A DNA stretch of 29,090 nt, from the NCBI GenBank assembly GCA_965218695.1, contig CBDCLR010000003.1, positions 1-29,090 of the forward strand, given 5' to 3'. Shown here in pieces: positions 28,141 through 29,090 of the stretch (positions are counted from its first letter, which is position 1; each line of letters opens with the position of its first letter). The position numbers and the translations under genes are program-made. The DNA comes from Nitrosopumilus sp. (GTDB taxonomy: Archaea > Thermoproteota > Nitrososphaeria > Nitrososphaerales > Nitrosopumilaceae). Under the pieces are notes generated by a model. That model did no database searches and was not told the origin of the DNA. It worked only from the letters and a program-made list of their open reading frames with translations.

Positions 28141-29090
28141 ATGTGCTACCGGATGAGGATTCCGAAGGGCGGGGCGTATCTACCGGCCATCCGGCCGGGG
28201 TATCTGGAAGAGAGGATCGACACCTTGGGCTCCTGCAAGGAGAGGGAGATGCTGCTGGCCGCATACCACAGAAGGCGGGGCATGGCGATCACGGACATAT
28301 CCGTGGAGATGCGCAGGCCAAGGACGACCATCCGCGGCTGGCTGGCACGCGCGATGGAGCGCGGTCCCGACGACCTGTCCGACAGGAAGGCCCCGGGCCG
28401 CCGAACCCTGCTGGACGAGCCGTCCCGGTGGTGGCTCTCGGAGCTGCTGGGCCGCGATCCCGGGGGGTGCGGATTCCAGGCGGGATCCTGGCAGTCAGGG
28501 ACCATCCTGGAGCTGATCCGCGGGGAGTTTGGGATATCGTGCAGCCTGCGCACGCTACGGAGGATGCTGCACAAGATCAGGTTCTCGTACAGGAAGCCCA
28601 GACCCGTCCCGTACAACTCCGCCCCGGAGGCCGAACAAGGGGAGTTCAAGAGGCGCACGTCTGCCGAAGTGGGCAGACTGACCGGGCACGGATATGCCGT
28701 ATTCAGCGAGGACGAGGCGCTCCGGCGGCTGTCCGCGGCGGCCGGCTACGGGTGGTTTCCCACCAACGGAAACGAGAGTCCCGACGGGATTCTCAACTCG
28801 GTGCGTCAGGATGTTCGGGATCCTGGGAAAGGACGGACACCACGTGCAGACGGCCGAAGCCACGAACTCGCGCACATTTGTGGACTTTCTAAAGTGGGTG
28901 CGCCTGAAATATCCAAAATTCGTGCTCGTCTTGGACAACGCCTCGTACCACAAGTCGGGAACGGTCATGGACTATCTGGCGTACGTCAACGGGGACATCC
29001 GTCTGGTATTCCTGCCCCCGTACACGCCGCAGCTCAACCCAACCGAGATACTCTGGAGGGAGATCAAGCGGCCGTTGTCCTGCCGGTACT
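28141..29090 (+). pseudogene. IS630-family transposase, frameshifted near 28775 and running off the window end
   Basis: From ATG 28141 the frame reads ...TIRGWL..DLSDRKAPGR...FSYRKPRP...FSEDE. A shifted frame then gives VLDNASYH...FLPPYTPQLNPTE. It is not listed in the ORF track. Confidence 0.88.

Noticed and set aside
28143-28892. 249-aa ORF from the track
   Set aside because: Wrong frame; the IS630 transposase motifs are in the other two plus-strand frames.

Overview
A heavily IS-scarred defence island. It most likely comes from an archaeon, probably a thaumarchaeote; this is inferred from TATA boxes about 25 nt before leaderless starts, frequent TTG/GTG starts and SWIM-domain IS6-like transposases. 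The core is a complete minus-strand DNA phosphorothioation operon, dndB-C-D-E-A, with no dndFGH or pbeABCD in the window. Converging on it 26 bp away is a tightly coupled four-gene operon: ParB/Srx protein, ParB-HTH-like protein, beta-CASP metallo-beta-lactamase nuclease and ApeA-like HEPN protein. This operon is the best candidate for an undescribed system. Also present are an intact HNH-effector Lamassu (ABC three-component) operon, a Zn-ribbon N6-adenine methyltransferase fused to a nuclease-like domain and ending in a PIP-box-like motif, and a 10-bp tandem repeat. An SDH/ClpP-fold protease has a coupled micro-ORF, and an OLD-family nuclease is split by a precisely excisable MITE. The window also holds an IS110 remnant with a structured leader, and several IS630, IS6 and MITE copies or remnants. 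No rRNA, tRNA or CRISPR array was seen. All assignments come from reading motifs by eye; no searches were run.
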